Part shown: positions 21,554-32,206 of the stretch, one piece after another
Layout: each line of letters starts with the position of its first letter
How positions within the stretch are numbered: the stretch's first letter is position 1
NCBI GenBank assembly: GCA_963828525.1
Contig: CAWHEP010000009.1
Span: 160,001-224,000, forward strand
From: an uncultured Verrucomicrobiae bacterium
GTDB taxonomy: Bacteria > Verrucomicrobiota > Verrucomicrobiia > Chthoniobacterales > Chthoniobacteraceae
Direction: 5' to 3'
DNA length: 64,000 nucleotides
The notes under the pieces: generated by a model
The model's database searches: none
Told to the model about the DNA's origin: nothing
The model's input: the letters and a program-made list of their open reading frames with translations, nothing else
Made by a program: the position numbers and the translations under genes

Positions 21554-22547
21554 GTGACTGGGCTTGTTCCTCGACGGCGGGTTCATCCTCCATCCACCCA
21601 CAGTAGGTTTCATGCATGGCTTCGCCGATTGCGCCAAGCCTGCTCTGAATCCTGTCGAGGTACTGATGGAGACCTATATTAAAGATGTCCGAAATGGTGC
21701 TGAAATCGATGTCGGAAGATAGACGGCCAGACAAGCGCTCCGCTTCATTCGCGTAATGAGAATGCTGGCTGCCTGACATGCGATGAAGCGCGAGATCAAG
21801 GCGATTCACGCAGAAACGGATCGAGCGCGGGAAAGTATCATGGCAAATGAGAAACTCCGCTACTTTCCAGGGAGCAACCTGGCCGATGTGCAACTTCCTA
21901 TAGGCCTCGAATCCGCTGCATGACTTCAGAACCGCCATCCACTGCACCGTGTCCAGATTTCCGCCGACCTTTTCGCCAGTTGGGAGCAGGAGGTGGTATT
22001 TGACATCAAGAATCCTCGATGTGCGGTCGCCGCGTTCGATGTATTTGCCAGCTTGGATGAAGTCCCAACCCTCTCCGTGAGTAAGAGTCGCATCGGTGAT
22101 GCCCTGAAAGAGGTGTGAACCTTCAAGGATGTTTTTGAAAAACTCGTAAGCGCTGCTGGCGAAAAGGCTGCGCGCCTCTTCGGACGAGATGAACAAGTAA
22201 AGCCTGTTGATCTGTTCCCACATCTCGCTGGAGATGTGCTCCCGCACCGTGCGGGCGTTTTCCCTGGCCCGGGCAAGCGAAGAGTAGATCGAGTTAGGAT
22301 TTTTCCGATCAAAAGAGACGAAGTCGACGACCGACTCGCCAGTGGCGACTTCGTGAAGCGAATAAAAGAGCTTTTGCTCCTCAAGAGAACTGATGATGGG
22401 CTCCCAATTTTCCCTCACCGACTTCGTGTTTTGATTTTCGAAGTCGAGCATGAGCTGAACGTTGACATCCAGAATGCGGGCGTTGTTCTCCGCCCGCTCG
22501 ATGTAGCGGCTCATCCAGTAGAGAGCGTCCGCAACCCTGCTCAGCAT
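21525..22547 (-). CDS. Alpha-E domain protein
   Basis: [35 protein letters not shown] and FPRSI motifs. Confidence 0.92.
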   Translation of the reverse strand: MLSRVADALYWMSRYIERAENNARILDVNVQLMLDFENQNTKSVRENWEPIISSLEEQKLFYSLHEVATGESVVDFVSFDRKNPNSIYSSLARARENARTVREHISSEMWEQINRLYLFISSEEARSLFASSAYEFFKNILEGSHLFQGITDATLTHGEGWDFIQAGKYIERGDRTSRILDVKYHLLLPTGEKVGGNLDTVQWMAVLKSCSGFEAYRKLHIGQVAPWKVAEFLICHDTFPRSIRFCVNRLDLALHRMSGSQHSHYANEAERLSGRLSSDIDFSTISDIFNIGLHQYLDRIQSRLGAIGEAMHETYCGWMEDEPAVEEQAQSLTALASPAA

Positions 22548-24013
22548 TCCTGGCTCCCGTTCTGGGTTCCTGGCAGATCATCGACCACCCAGGAATCCTT
22601 GCTCCCGCCGCCCTGGGAGGAGTTCACAACCAAAGAACCTTTCCGCAACGCGACTCGTGTGAGACCGCCGGGTATGATGGTGATCTTGTCGCCGTAGAGA
22701 ATGTAGGGACGAAGATCGATATGCCGGCCTTCAATGGACTTCTCACAATAAGCGGGAGCGCGGGAGAGTTGAACCACCGGTTGCGCCACGTAATTGCGCG
22801 GGTTCTTGACGATGAGCTCCCTGAATTTCTGCACCTCAGCCTTGGAGGCATGCGGGCCGATCAGCATGCCGTATCCGCCGCTCTCATTGGCGGCTTTTAT
22901 GACCAGCTCGGCTGTGTGCTCCAGGATGTAAGCGCGATCTTCGTCCCGCCCGGAGAGGTAGGTAGGAACGTTGGGGAGGATCGGATCCTGATCGAGGTAA
23001 AACTTGATCATGGCCGGGACGTAGTAATAGACGACCTTGTCATCGGCGACGCCGGTGCCAATGGCATTTGCGAGATTCACGTTGCCTTTGCGGTAAGCAT
23101 CCACAAGACCGGCAACCCCGAGCATGGAGTCCTTTCGGAAGACCAAAGGGTCCAGGAAATCGTCATCGATGCGCCTGTAAATCACGTCCACCTTTTTCAG
23201 GCCTTTTGTCGTCTTCATGAAGACGCGGGAATCGTTCACGACGAGATCGGCTCCGACTACAATTTCGATGCCCATGGATCTCGCGAGATAAGAGTGCTCG
23301 AAATAGGCGGAGTTGTAGATGCCAGGCGTGAGAAGAGCGACGGTTGGTTCAGCATTGCCGTCTGGAGAAACACTGCGGAGGAGAGCGACCAAGTCCTCCC
23401 CATAACGATCCACCGGTCTCACCGAATAGCGGCTGAAGAGGTTCGGGAACACCCGCTTCATCACCTGCCGATTCTCCAGCATGTAAGACACGCCTGATGG
23501 ACAGCGCGCGTTATCCTCCAACACGAAATATGTTCCGTCGGCGCCGCGGATGAGATCGGTCCCGCAGATATGGATGTAGATGTTCTTTGGAACATCGAAG
23601 CCCATGAATTCAGGCCTGAAATGCGCCGCTGTTTTAATGACTTCCTCCGGGATTACCTTCTCCCGAATGATGCGCTGGTCGTGATAGATATCGTGGAGAA
23701 AAAGATTGAGAGCGGTGATCCGCTGGGCCAAACCACGCTCGATAAGATCCCAGTCTTCGGAGGGGATGATGCGCGGAATCAGATCAAAGGGAAATATCCG
23801 CTCTGTACCCTCGTTATTGTTATAGACCGTGAAGGTCACACCCTGGTTCAGAAGGGTGTTCGCGGCCAGGACGCGCTTGCGGGAAAACTCCTCGCTGTCC
23901 ATCTCGCTGAAGCGCTCCAGGAGCTTGCGGTAGTGCGGACGGACGACGCCCGGCGCGGAAAACATCTCATCGTAAAAACCATCGCACTGATAATGCGAAA
24001 ACGATGCTTCCAT
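22541..24013 (-). CDS. Circularly permuted type 2 ATP-grasp protein
   Basis: [33 protein letters not shown] and [12 protein letters not shown] motifs; ATG at 24013. Confidence 0.92.
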   Translation of the reverse strand: MEASFSHYQCDGFYDEMFSAPGVVRPHYRKLLERFSEMDSEEFSRKRVLAANTLLNQGVTFTVYNNNEGTERIFPFDLIPRIIPSEDWDLIERGLAQRITALNLFLHDIYHDQRIIREKVIPEEVIKTAAHFRPEFMGFDVPKNIYIHICGTDLIRGADGTYFVLEDNARCPSGVSYMLENRQVMKRVFPNLFSRYSVRPVDRYGEDLVALLRSVSPDGNAEPTVALLTPGIYNSAYFEHSYLARSMGIEIVVGADLVVNDSRVFMKTTKGLKKVDVIYRRIDDDFLDPLVFRKDSMLGVAGLVDAYRKGNVNLANAIGTGVADDKVVYYYVPAMIKFYLDQDPILPNVPTYLSGRDEDRAYILEHTAELVIKAANESGGYGMLIGPHASKAEVQKFRELIVKNPRNYVAQPVVQLSRAPAYCEKSIEGRHIDLRPYILYGDKITIIPGGLTRVALRKGSLVVNSSQGGGSKDSWVVDDLPGTQNGSQEC

Positions 24014-24045
24014 CCTTAGAAAATCACCTGAAGAGAAACTCCCGG

Positions 24046-24570
24046 TCAGACCTCGACAAGGGGCAATCCAAATTCGCAAGGTTCGCTGCCGGAATCAAAC
24101 TTCGGGTAGAGGAACTTATCCGCTGGCGAGCCGCGTCTTGTGACCCCGGAAGCGTGAGACAATCCCGTGTCCCGCAACTGAGAGAGAGAGGAATAAAGGA
24201 GCGCCGAACCAAAACCGCGATTGCGATACTCGTTCAGAACGCATGGGCCTGATATTAGCTGGTTCTCAGCGCCGGGATCGCTTGTGAGAGCGGAAGCGCC
24301 AATCAGCCTGCCACCGTTGGTAAGCACCAGGAAATGAGCGGCTTTTTTTGAGAATGCCAGATCGATCTCAGACTCAAGGCGGTCGCGCAGTTCATCCAGA
24401 ATGTCGTTCCAGTCCATATCCAGAACAAACGAACCGAAGATAACCTCGAGAACCGCCGCTTTTTCGTCATTGGCAGCGGTTCTGATGCGATAGGGGGGAG
24501 TCGGCTCCAAACGCGCATGTGAAAGCCTCGCCAAATCCCAGGTAAAACGCGTCCATCTAACCAACTTCAT
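24046..24570 (-). CDS. GNAT-family acetyltransferase
   Basis: [15 protein letters not shown] is the acetyl-CoA binding motif A. Confidence 0.75.
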   Translation of the reverse strand: MKLVRWTRFTWDLARLSHARLEPTPPYRIRTAANDEKAAVLEVIFGSFVLDMDWNDILDELRDRLESEIDLAFSKKAAHFLVLTNGGRLIGASALTSDPGAENQLISGPCVLNEYRNRGFGSALLYSSLSQLRDTGLSHASGVTRRGSPADKFLYPKFDSGSEPCEFGLPLVEV

Positions 24571-24579
24571 TTCGCACGC

Positions 24580-24607
24580 ATCTTATATTGGATTGCCTGG
24601 AAAGCAA
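24580..24607 (-). promoter_or_regulatory. Sigma70-type promoter of the GNAT/ATP-grasp/alpha-E unit
   Basis: TTGCTT-N16-TAAGAT, 9 nt before the ATG. Confidence 0.5.
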
Positions 24608-24671
24608 TCAATTACGCGCGCCGCTCGCGGGGAAATCGGAAGACGCGGCGGGGCGAAATGGTTAAGAGGAT

Positions 24672-25796
24672 TCAGGCCGACGCGCAGGGCAGTATGACTT
24701 CCACCCTCGTCCCCTCGCCAACGCGGCTCTCCAGCAGGATACGTCCTCCGTGAGCCTCGACCACTGACTTGGCAATGGCCATCCCGAGACCCGTCCCGTG
24801 CGATTTCCCGAAGGTAACAAAAGGTTCAAAAATGCTGGCCTGAACCTCGGGAGCAATGCCGCAGCCTGTATCGCTGATCGACAGAATGACCTCACCGTTG
24901 AAACTGTTCACACCCACCTTGATGAGACCCCTCTTGGACATCGCTTCCATCGAATTCTTGATGAGATTGCACAGGACACGGACGAACCGTGGAAGATCAA
25001 TCCTCAAAGTTCCCGCGTAGCGGATATCTTTGACCACATGGATGTGAGCGGGGACTCTGCGCAGAATTTGGAAATCAAGCTCTTCCATGAGGCGCGTGAC
25101 AGAGACATCCAGGATCTGGATGCTGCTTTTGCCCCGGGAGAAATCGAGCAGCTCCTGGGTCATGCCTGTGATGTTTTCCAGGGATTTGCTGATCATGCCT
25201 GTGTATTCACAAGTCTCCGGATCGGTCGCCTTGGCGGCGATAAGTTCGCTGCAACACTGTATGACACCGATAGGGTTTTTCAGGTCGTGAATGATGTTGT
25301 TCGCCATGGAACCCACAAGCGAGAGACGCTCGCTGCGAGCAACCTCGGTGATGAAATGGGAGTTTACCCTGCGCAGTCGATCCACGACAGAGCGGAGAAA
25401 ATTCATGTGAAGCTCGCGGGGAGCAACTTCAAGAATCGCCTGGAAGGCGTGATCATCAAGACTCGCCAGGGTGGTGTGCTCGGCGGCGCAGGCTTGGGCA
25501 GAGCGCGGCTGGCCATCGAGCAGCGCCATCTCGCCGAAGAAACTGCCCGCTTCGATGTAGCTGAGGGTTTCCTGCTGGCCTCCGCGACCCGCTTTTGAGA
25601 TTTTCACGCGTCCCTGGCCGATCAAATACATGGCGTTCCCCACATCGCCTTCCGAGAAAATGACGTCACCTTGTTCGAACGTCAGGAGTTCCATCTCTGA
25701 GCTGATCTCGTCCAGGAGGTTGGAGGAGATGCCCGCGAACAGCTTGTTATTGGAAAAGTGAGCCATCTCGGGACTCTGATGCGCCTTGCAGATCAT
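24672..25796 (-). CDS. Soluble histidine kinase with N-terminal cyclic-nucleotide-binding domain (start 25796 or 25766)
   Basis: FFGEMALLDGQPRSA (cNMP phosphate-binding cassette), IIHDLKNP (H-box), NLIKNS, DTGCGI and GTGLGM. Confidence 0.92.
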   Translation of the reverse strand: MICKAHQSPEMAHFSNNKLFAGISSNLLDEISSEMELLTFEQGDVIFSEGDVGNAMYLIGQGRVKISKAGRGGQQETLSYIEAGSFFGEMALLDGQPRSAQACAAEHTTLASLDDHAFQAILEVAPRELHMNFLRSVVDRLRRVNSHFITEVARSERLSLVGSMANNIIHDLKNPIGVIQCCSELIAAKATDPETCEYTGMISKSLENITGMTQELLDFSRGKSSIQILDVSVTRLMEELDFQILRRVPAHIHVVKDIRYAGTLRIDLPRFVRVLCNLIKNSMEAMSKRGLIKVGVNSFNGEVILSISDTGCGIAPEVQASIFEPFVTFGKSHGTGLGMAIAKSVVEAHGGRILLESRVGEGTRVEVILPCASA

Positions 25797-25820
25797 GGGG
25801 GTGTGTTACGACCGTTGTTA

Positions 25821-25836
25821 AGCACTGTCTGTACCA
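25821..25836 (-). promoter_or_regulatory. Sigma54-like -24/-12 element before the cNMP histidine kinase
   Basis: TGGTAC-AGACA-GTGCT against consensus TGGCAC-N5-TTGCW. Confidence 0.5.
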
Positions 25837-25845
25837 CACGCCTTG

Positions 25846-28800
25846 TTAGAACTTAGGAGCGCCCCCAAGCGGGGCGGTCGTGGCTCCGGCTCCGCCAAAT
25901 CTGCCGGAGGTGGACGCGTTTCCGCCGGAACCCGTGTAGTTCGCTCTGTTGGTGAACACACTGGCTGGAACTGAGCCGCCAACACTCACCACTCCTCCGT
26001 TTGCCACCGTCACCGTATCTCCCGCGATCGTCTTCATGCTGGCGCCACCCAAGGTGACATTGCCGTTGAAAAGCACCTGTCCATTGCTGCCAGGGGCATA
26101 GAGTTCGATCGCCGTATTGGCTGAGATGGTTCCGCCATTGATGACAAGCTGCCCGCCAGCGCCGAGGGCGCCGATCTTTACGACGTCAGCGTTCAGATTG
26201 GCATTCGTAAGGTTCACAGCGCCATTTGCGCCGTTATTTCGGACGTCCACAGTGCCACGATCGGCCCGGATGGTTCCCCCGTTCACGTTCACTGCTCCGC
26301 CGGCCGAGGAGAATTTGATGGTGCCGCCCGGACCGGGGGCGGCACCGCTGAGAAGCGAGAGCAACTGCGCGCTATTGGTAACTGAGATGGCAGTTCCTGC
26401 CGTGCTTCGGCTGTCGATAGAGATGTTGCCTCCCGACCTGCTCGCGCGTCCGGCAGTACTGTCGGAGACTTTTACGACCGCGCCTACATTGACGGTCCCA
26501 GCAGAGACCAAACTGACATTCCCGCCCGCGCCGCCTGTGAACAGCGCCGTGGCGTTCGCGCCGCTCGTGGCGGTGATGGGAGCATTGACCGTGATCGAGC
26601 CGGGAATTGGAGTTCCTGACGTGCCGATGTTCAGGGAGCCTCCGCTCCCGCCGGCGAAGCCGCTTAGGGCACTGGCGTCGCCCCCGTTCATGTTTACCCC
26701 ATTGATGCCCCCGGCATCCACCAACACCTGGGGCGCGAGCAAGGTAAGAGAGCCGCCCGCAGTCGGAGGAGTGAACAAAGCCGATGCATGCCCGGAATAA
26801 TCAATCCCTCCGAGAGCAACGATGGAAGAAGCCAAGATGGAATGAGCCACAGTAAGATCGGCCGAACGGATGGCGCCTGAAGCGGTGATACCGCCGGACG
26901 CGGACAGACTGCCGGCGGTGATGGCCCCGTTGACATCAATGGCGTCGAAGCCAAGGAGATCATAAGCTCCGGCACTGATACCGCCGGCGCCGACCTCGAG
27001 CCGGCCTCCGAGAACCGTCTGACTTGCCATGACCGCAAGGCTCGGAGCGAAAAGGTTCATGATCTGGACTGAACCGCCATTCTGGTTTAAGGCTGCGGCT
27101 CCGCCGGAGAATACTTGCAGGGTTTGCGCTGTGATGCTGCCGCCTACAGTCACCGCGCCTCCGCCGTTCAGAATTACGGCGCCGGCGTTGACGCTGGCTG
27201 TTGGCAGGAGGTTCACATTACCCGGGGCGTCCACGAAAAGGCTCGCCCCTGGCAAGCTGATGCCATCGCCCAAGGAGACACTGGATGCTCCTCCGCGAGC
27301 ATAGATGGACAAGAATTTAAAATTTCCCGGTGAAGCGCTGAAGCCCGCGGCCTGGAGGGAGATGGAGCCGTTGATCGTGCCAAGGAAGAGAGAGTTGACC
27401 GGGGAAAGATCTATGGAGAAAGGAAGGCCAGGTGAAGAGGTGATGGTGCTCGCCGCCACCAGGGCGACATCCTTGGGGTCCGGAGGTCCGCCCGCGATTT
27501 TGAATTGAGGCGCTCCGTTTATCGTCAGCGCCTGGAACTCCAGGACGGCAACTCCCGCCGTGGTTGGGAACGATTGCAAACCCTGCGACCCGAAGCTGGC
27601 GTCAAAGGAACGGGATTCATCATACGCCGTGTCGCTGCCAAAGAGGAAGTATGCAGCAGGCCCATCTTTTGCCAGCCCAGTATAAGGGTCTCCGGTCAAT
27701 TTGCCCGAACCCTTCGTCTGAATCGAACCTTTGTGGCCGCCAGTTTTTATCTGGCTCGTGGAATCAATGGAATAGGTTCCGGGGTTCACGGAAGGCAAGG
27801 CATCGACCGTTGATGACGGGGGCGGCACAGGATTGGGAGTGGCAGATGGGTTCGGCGTTGGATAAGGCGTGGGACCGGGAGGTGTGGGGGTCGGCGTCGG
27901 TGTGGGGGTCGGCGTTGGTGTGGGGGTCGGCGTTGGTGTGGGGGTCGGCGTTGGTGTGGGGGTCGGCGTCGGTGTGGGGGTCGGCGTTGGTGTGGGGGTC
28001 GGCGTTGGTGTGGGGGTCGGCGTTGGTGTGGGGGTCGGCGTTGGTGTGGGGGTCGGCGTTGGCGTGGGGGTCGGCGTTGGCGTGGGAGTCGGCGTTGGTG
28101 TGGGAGTCGGCGTTGGTGTGGGGGTCGGCGTTGGTGTGGGAGTCGGCGTTGGTGTGGGGGTCGGCGTTGGTGTGGGGGTCGGCGTCGGCGTGGGAGTCGG
28201 CGTTGGTGTGGGGGTCGGCGTTGGCGTGGGGGTCGGCGTCGATATAGGAGTTGGCGTCGGTGTGAGAGTTAGCGTTGGCGTGGGAGCTGGGGAGGTAGAA
28301 ACGGAGCTTTGATTCGCTGACGCAGCAGCGCCAGCCACCGGCGCGGGTGACGACTGACTTCTTACATCGAGGTTCGCAAGTTGCTGGTCGGTTAAAAGTG
28401 ATACCGTTGTTCCTTTGCCTTGAATTACAAGGTTGGTAGCGATGAGCCCGCCCTGGCCTTGGGAGACCTCCTGGGTCGTCATCTCAGTTTCGATCAGTCC
28501 CATGCTTGGAAGTTGGACCGCCGGTTTTTTGGGGGAATTGGAAAACAGGGCGGGATTGATCAATGTCGAAGTCTTTACGATATGCCGAATACTTACGTCG
28601 ACCGGGTCAGGTATCACTTTTGAGTCGGGCCGCATGATGAGCAGTTTACCGGGCTTCAGCAGCAATGTTTCTCCAAAGCGGCGGTTGAGGGACACCCGAA
28701 GACTTCCCTCCAACACTAGGATCTTGACGGCGTGGGCGGGGGTGTATTCGAAAAGGATGGTGGTGCCGGTGATGGAAGCTGTAACCGCGGCTGCGTGAAT

Positions 28801-29149
28801 CCTGGCTCCCCCCAAACCTTTCGGCACTTGCAGAAGCATCGTCCCCTGATCGAGGTTCATGTCCCGAGTACCCGGCGTGAAGCTGAAGAATGTTTCAGGT
28901 CCGAGGCGGGTAAGTGTATCATCCTGAAAGTGAAGTTCGGCGCGGGATTTCACACCGGTGCGAACTCCGAGGTCCGCCATTGATCACTTCTTGCAGAACG
29001 GCAGAGTGAGCGCCGCGCGCGGGATCGACAACCTTTACATCATTAATCAAGCGACTCAGGGTGGCCTGATGAAGAGGGCCAGCGAAGCTGGACGGGCGGG
29101 TCAGGACAAGGACCGCACAGATGGAGACAGCGAGTGATTTTGCGTTCAT
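25846..29149 (-). CDS. Large secreted protein: signal peptide, FecR domain, (Thr-Pro)n stalk, Gly/Ala/Ser/Thr-rich beta-helix-like C-terminus; apparent +1 indel near 28975
   Basis: ORF 28919-29149 supplies the signal peptide and INDVKVV. Removing one G gives [28 protein letters not shown]..., with FecR-like ASITGT and VLEGS motifs. Confidence 0.8.
27881..28240. repeat. Tandem repeat, 20 copies of an 18-bp unit (GGYGTG GGRGTC GGCGTY), encoding about 60 Thr-Pro dipeptides on the minus strand
   Basis: Read directly: 360 bp = 20 x 18 bp, with variation only at synonymous positions. Confidence 0.95.
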
Positions 29150-29155
29150 GATTGG

Positions 29156-30097
29156 TTAGAAGCGAATGGTAGCGGTAACGTTGCAGCCCCCGTTAAACAC
29201 GCTGTAGTCAAAGGCGGACTGATTGGAGGAGTTCAGCCCGGCAAACGCGGAGCACCCGACCGTGATCCAACGGCACAGGCGGTAACGAAGGCCCAGGGAA
29301 AACACCTGGTTCCAATCGCGGCGATCTCCCTGGTAGGGGAAGAAGCCGAGCCGATAGGACGCATTGGCATCCACGCTGCGAGAAACCTGAAGCTGGTACC
29401 CCGCGTAAATTCCGAATTCGTCGCGCTGCGCGATGGTAGGAGCGGCCCATTCCACACTGGCCGAAGCGCCCGCCAGGACGCTCTGCGCGCGGCTTAAGGT
29501 AAAAACCTTTTCAGCATCGAGGGTGAGGGCGTGATTCCTCAGAATCTCGTTTCCATTCTCCCCGCTGATGAGGTCGGTGAAGTCATACCGCAAAGAGACA
29601 GTGATATCGCCAAGATTGCGCAGGTGACAGCTCAACCCAGCCCCCGCGTCGATGCTTTCGAAGTCAAGCTGGCTGTATTTATCGTAGCGGAATACGGCTC
29701 CCTGGAGAGAGAAGGTCAGGGTGAGATCAGGTGTCAGAGGGCGATCGTAGCCGAGGCCAAACACGCTATTCATCAGAGCGTCGCTCCGCTGGCCGCGACG
29801 CGCCAGCGCCACGTTGTTGGTGAAGAACGCAGACTCCGCGGCGAAAGCGGAAAAGGGCTGCCATTTTTCCTGATGTTTCAGTATCTGTTGGGAACCAAAG
29901 CTGTCGTCTCCGGCATTGCCAGTTTGCAGGTCCGAATCGAGCTGCGGAGCTGTCTGCGGACCTGCGGGCGCAATGTTGGGCGAAGTCCGAAAATTCCGCG
30001 ACTGCTCCACCTGAGGAGGCACGACTGCCTGGGCGAAAGTCGATTGCGCGCCCACGATGAACAGAAAGGCGCTGAAGACGTATTTACATTGTTGCAC
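29156..30097 (-). CDS. Outer-membrane beta-barrel protein
   Basis: Signal peptide, alternating amphipathic strands rich in Tyr/Phe/Gly, C-terminal Phe (VTATIRF). Confidence 0.75.
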   Translation of the reverse strand: MQQCKYVFSAFLFIVGAQSTFAQAVVPPQVEQSRNFRTSPNIAPAGPQTAPQLDSDLQTGNAGDDSFGSQQILKHQEKWQPFSAFAAESAFFTNNVALARRGQRSDALMNSVFGLGYDRPLTPDLTLTFSLQGAVFRYDKYSQLDFESIDAGAGLSCHLRNLGDITVSLRYDFTDLISGENGNEILRNHALTLDAEKVFTLSRAQSVLAGASASVEWAAPTIAQRDEFGIYAGYQLQVSRSVDANASYRLGFFPYQGDRRDWNQVFSLGLRYRLCRWITVGCSAFAGLNSSNQSAFDYSVFNGGCNVTATIRF

Positions 30098-30108
30098 TAG
30101 TGGTGCTT

Positions 30109-30124
30109 AGCAGAACCCATGCCT
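30109..30124 (-). promoter_or_regulatory. Sigma54-like element before the barrel/FecR operon
   Basis: AGGCAT-GGGTT-CTGCT; predicted +1 falls about 1 nt before the GTG. Confidence 0.5.
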
Positions 30125-30143
30125 TAGGCAGAGCTCAGATCAG

Positions 30144-30159
30144 TGGCATGGATAACGCT
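30144..30159 (+). promoter_or_regulatory. Sigma54-like element before the CHASE2 cyclase
   Basis: TGGCAT-GGATA-ACGCT; predicted +1 falls about 3 nt before the ATG at 30173. Confidence 0.45.
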
Positions 30160-30172
30160 TTCTCATCCAAGG

Positions 30173-32146
30173 ATGTTAAGCCGGGGCTTCCTCCTACAGC
30201 TAGCGGTGACGATTTCCTCCACCCTGGTCGCGCTGTTCCTGCAATGGCGCGGTTTTGAGCCTTTGGCGCGGTCTGAAATCTTCATCCACGACGCCATTGC
30301 GCGGATCGGTCGCAAAGCTCCCGCCAACAAGGACCTCGTCTATCTGGCAATCGACAACGACTCCATCACCCTCGATCCGGTGGATTTGCAACAGTTCTTC
30401 GATCTCAGCAAAGCGGACGCGGGCAGCGCGAGCGCCTTGCGGATGATGAGCAGCGGGTGGCCCTGGCCGCGAGCGGTATATGCCTCCATTCTGGATCGCC
30501 TCTTCAAGGCAGGGGCAAAGGTGGTCGCGTTTGACCTGATCTTTCCGACTGCTACAGCGGACGACGCGGCCTTCCGCGCCGCTTTGGACAAGTTCCGGGG
30601 ATCAGTGGTGATTGGCTGCAATTTCGTAGATACGACCGTCCAAGGGATGGTGTCACAGGCCCCGCAGTTAAGCCGCCCGTGTGAGACGATCATCTCGCAA
30701 CGCAGTCCGCTGGACGCGCGAGTTGGGTATGTAAACTTCTGGCCCGATTTTGATGACGTTGTGCGAGGGGCGCGTCCCTCGACAACCTTCGAAAGCGTGA
30801 CAGGGAATAAGGAGACTTACGAATCGTTCACAGAGCGCATTGTTGAGAAGAGCGGTCTGCCCCATGCGGGAGTGGGTGACACGCAAAGCCACCTGATCCG
30901 CTTTACCGGAAAGCCGGGAACGTTTCCGGCGCGACCGGCGTTTGAAATCTTCGTGCCCGAATATTGGAACAAGAATTATGGAGGCGGCGATTTTTTTCGC
31001 GGGAAGGTGGTTGTGGTAGGCGCGTTCGGGAACTGGCAGCACGATGAGCATGAGACACCGTTCGGGAAGATGCCCGGGCCGGAGCTCCAGATCAATGTGC
31101 TGAACGCGTTGATTCACAATGAGTTTATTCAGGAGCCGACAGGATTGCAGGAGTGGTGCTTCGTGGCCGCGGGAGGAATCCTGTCGTGGCTTGCGTGGCG
31201 ATGCATCCGGAGGCCGGCTCCACGGTTCATGGCCGCGGCGGTGATAACCTTGCTTTGGCTCGGCGCGGATTTCGAGATCTACAACCACGCCAGCACTTAC
31301 ATACTCGCGTTCACTCCCCTGCTGTTGCTCAACATAAACACGGCGCTGTCCCTGGCGTACGACGTGACCAGTGAACGCAGGGAACGCCAGCGAGTGCGCC
31401 TGACCCTGGAAAGGTATGTCTCAAAAAACGTGGTTAAAGAGCTGCTGGACTTCCCGGCTGACTACGTTCACTCCCTTGGCGGAGTGGCGAAGCCGGTGAC
31501 AATCCTGTTTTCGGATATCCGCAATTTCACGCAGTTCACCTCGACGCACCAGCCCCATGAGGTAGTGGCGCAGTTGAACGAATATCTCTCCGGAATGGTG
31601 AGTTGCGTGTTTGAGCATGATGGGACGCTGGACAAATTCATGGGGGACGCGGTGATGGCGGTCTGGGGCAACGCCCGGAGCGCCGGCGCGGAAGCAGACG
31701 CCGCTCAGGCCGTGCGGGCGGCGCTCGCCATGCGAAGCCGCCTGGCGGAGCTGAACAAGCGATGGCGCGCGGAGGGTCGCGCGACGTTGCGCATCGGGAT
31801 CGCGCTGAACCATGGGACAGTGATCGTCGGCAACGTAGGCTCGGAACAGCGGATGGAGTTCACGGTTATTGGCGCCGCAGTGAACGTGGGCTGGCGTCTT
31901 CAGGAGTTAACCAAGCGGCTGGGCGCCGATCTTCTCATCGGCGAATCGGTGGAGCAGTTGACCCGAAAGGAATTCACGATGGAACAAATCACAACCTTTA
32001 CGCCTGACGCGGAGACCAAGCCTTTTCACGTATTTGGGATTGAGCGCGGGCCGCGCGGAGGGGCGTCCGCGCCGATGCCGGATCACGCGGCCGCACAGGC
32101 GCGGCAAGACGCGCTTTGTCTAGCGGAGATGCCAGCCGTAAATTGA
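30173..32146 (+). CDS. CHASE2-domain class III adenylate/guanylate cyclase
   Basis: WPWPRAVYA, AFDLIF, DFDDVVR and TPFGKMPG (CHASE2); TM helices; LFSDIRNFT, DKFMGDAVMA, GNVGSEQRMEFTVIG and N-x3-R. Confidence 0.93.
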   Translation: MLSRGFLLQLAVTISSTLVALFLQWRGFEPLARSEIFIHDAIARIGRKAPANKDLVYLAIDNDSITLDPVDLQQFFDLSKADAGSASALRMMSSGWPWPRAVYASILDRLFKAGAKVVAFDLIFPTATADDAAFRAALDKFRGSVVIGCNFVDTTVQGMVSQAPQLSRPCETIISQRSPLDARVGYVNFWPDFDDVVRGARPSTTFESVTGNKETYESFTERIVEKSGLPHAGVGDTQSHLIRFTGKPGTFPARPAFEIFVPEYWNKNYGGGDFFRGKVVVVGAFGNWQHDEHETPFGKMPGPELQINVLNALIHNEFIQEPTGLQEWCFVAAGGILSWLAWRCIRRPAPRFMAAAVITLLWLGADFEIYNHASTYILAFTPLLLLNINTALSLAYDVTSERRERQRVRLTLERYVSKNVVKELLDFPADYVHSLGGVAKPVTILFSDIRNFTQFTSTHQPHEVVAQLNEYLSGMVSCVFEHDGTLDKFMGDAVMAVWGNARSAGAEADAAQAVRAALAMRSRLAELNKRWRAEGRATLRIGIALNHGTVIVGNVGSEQRMEFTVIGAAVNVGWRLQELTKRLGADLLIGESVEQLTRKEFTMEQITTFTPDAETKPFHVFGIERGPRGGASAPMPDHAAAQARQDALCLAEMPAVN

Positions 32147-32206
32147 GTGCCGCAGAGAGTGGCCCTCTCTTCACGGCGCAGACGGGACGCGCCTGATGGC
32201 GCGAGC

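Noticed and set aside
27881..28240. Repeat array as a CRISPR
   Set aside because: Units are directly adjacent with no unique spacers, are in-frame coding, and no cas genes are present.
27869..28312. Plus-strand poly-(Gly-Val) ORF and the overlapping WGSALV-repeat ORF (27564-28247)
   Set aside because: Antisense shadows of the Thr-Pro repeat in the minus-strand FecR gene.
31870..31900. Cyclase motif GAAVNVGWR (usual GDxVNxASR) as a sign of inactivity
   Set aside because: Both metal-binding Asp, the Lys/Thr specificity pair and the catalytic Asn-x3-Arg are retained.
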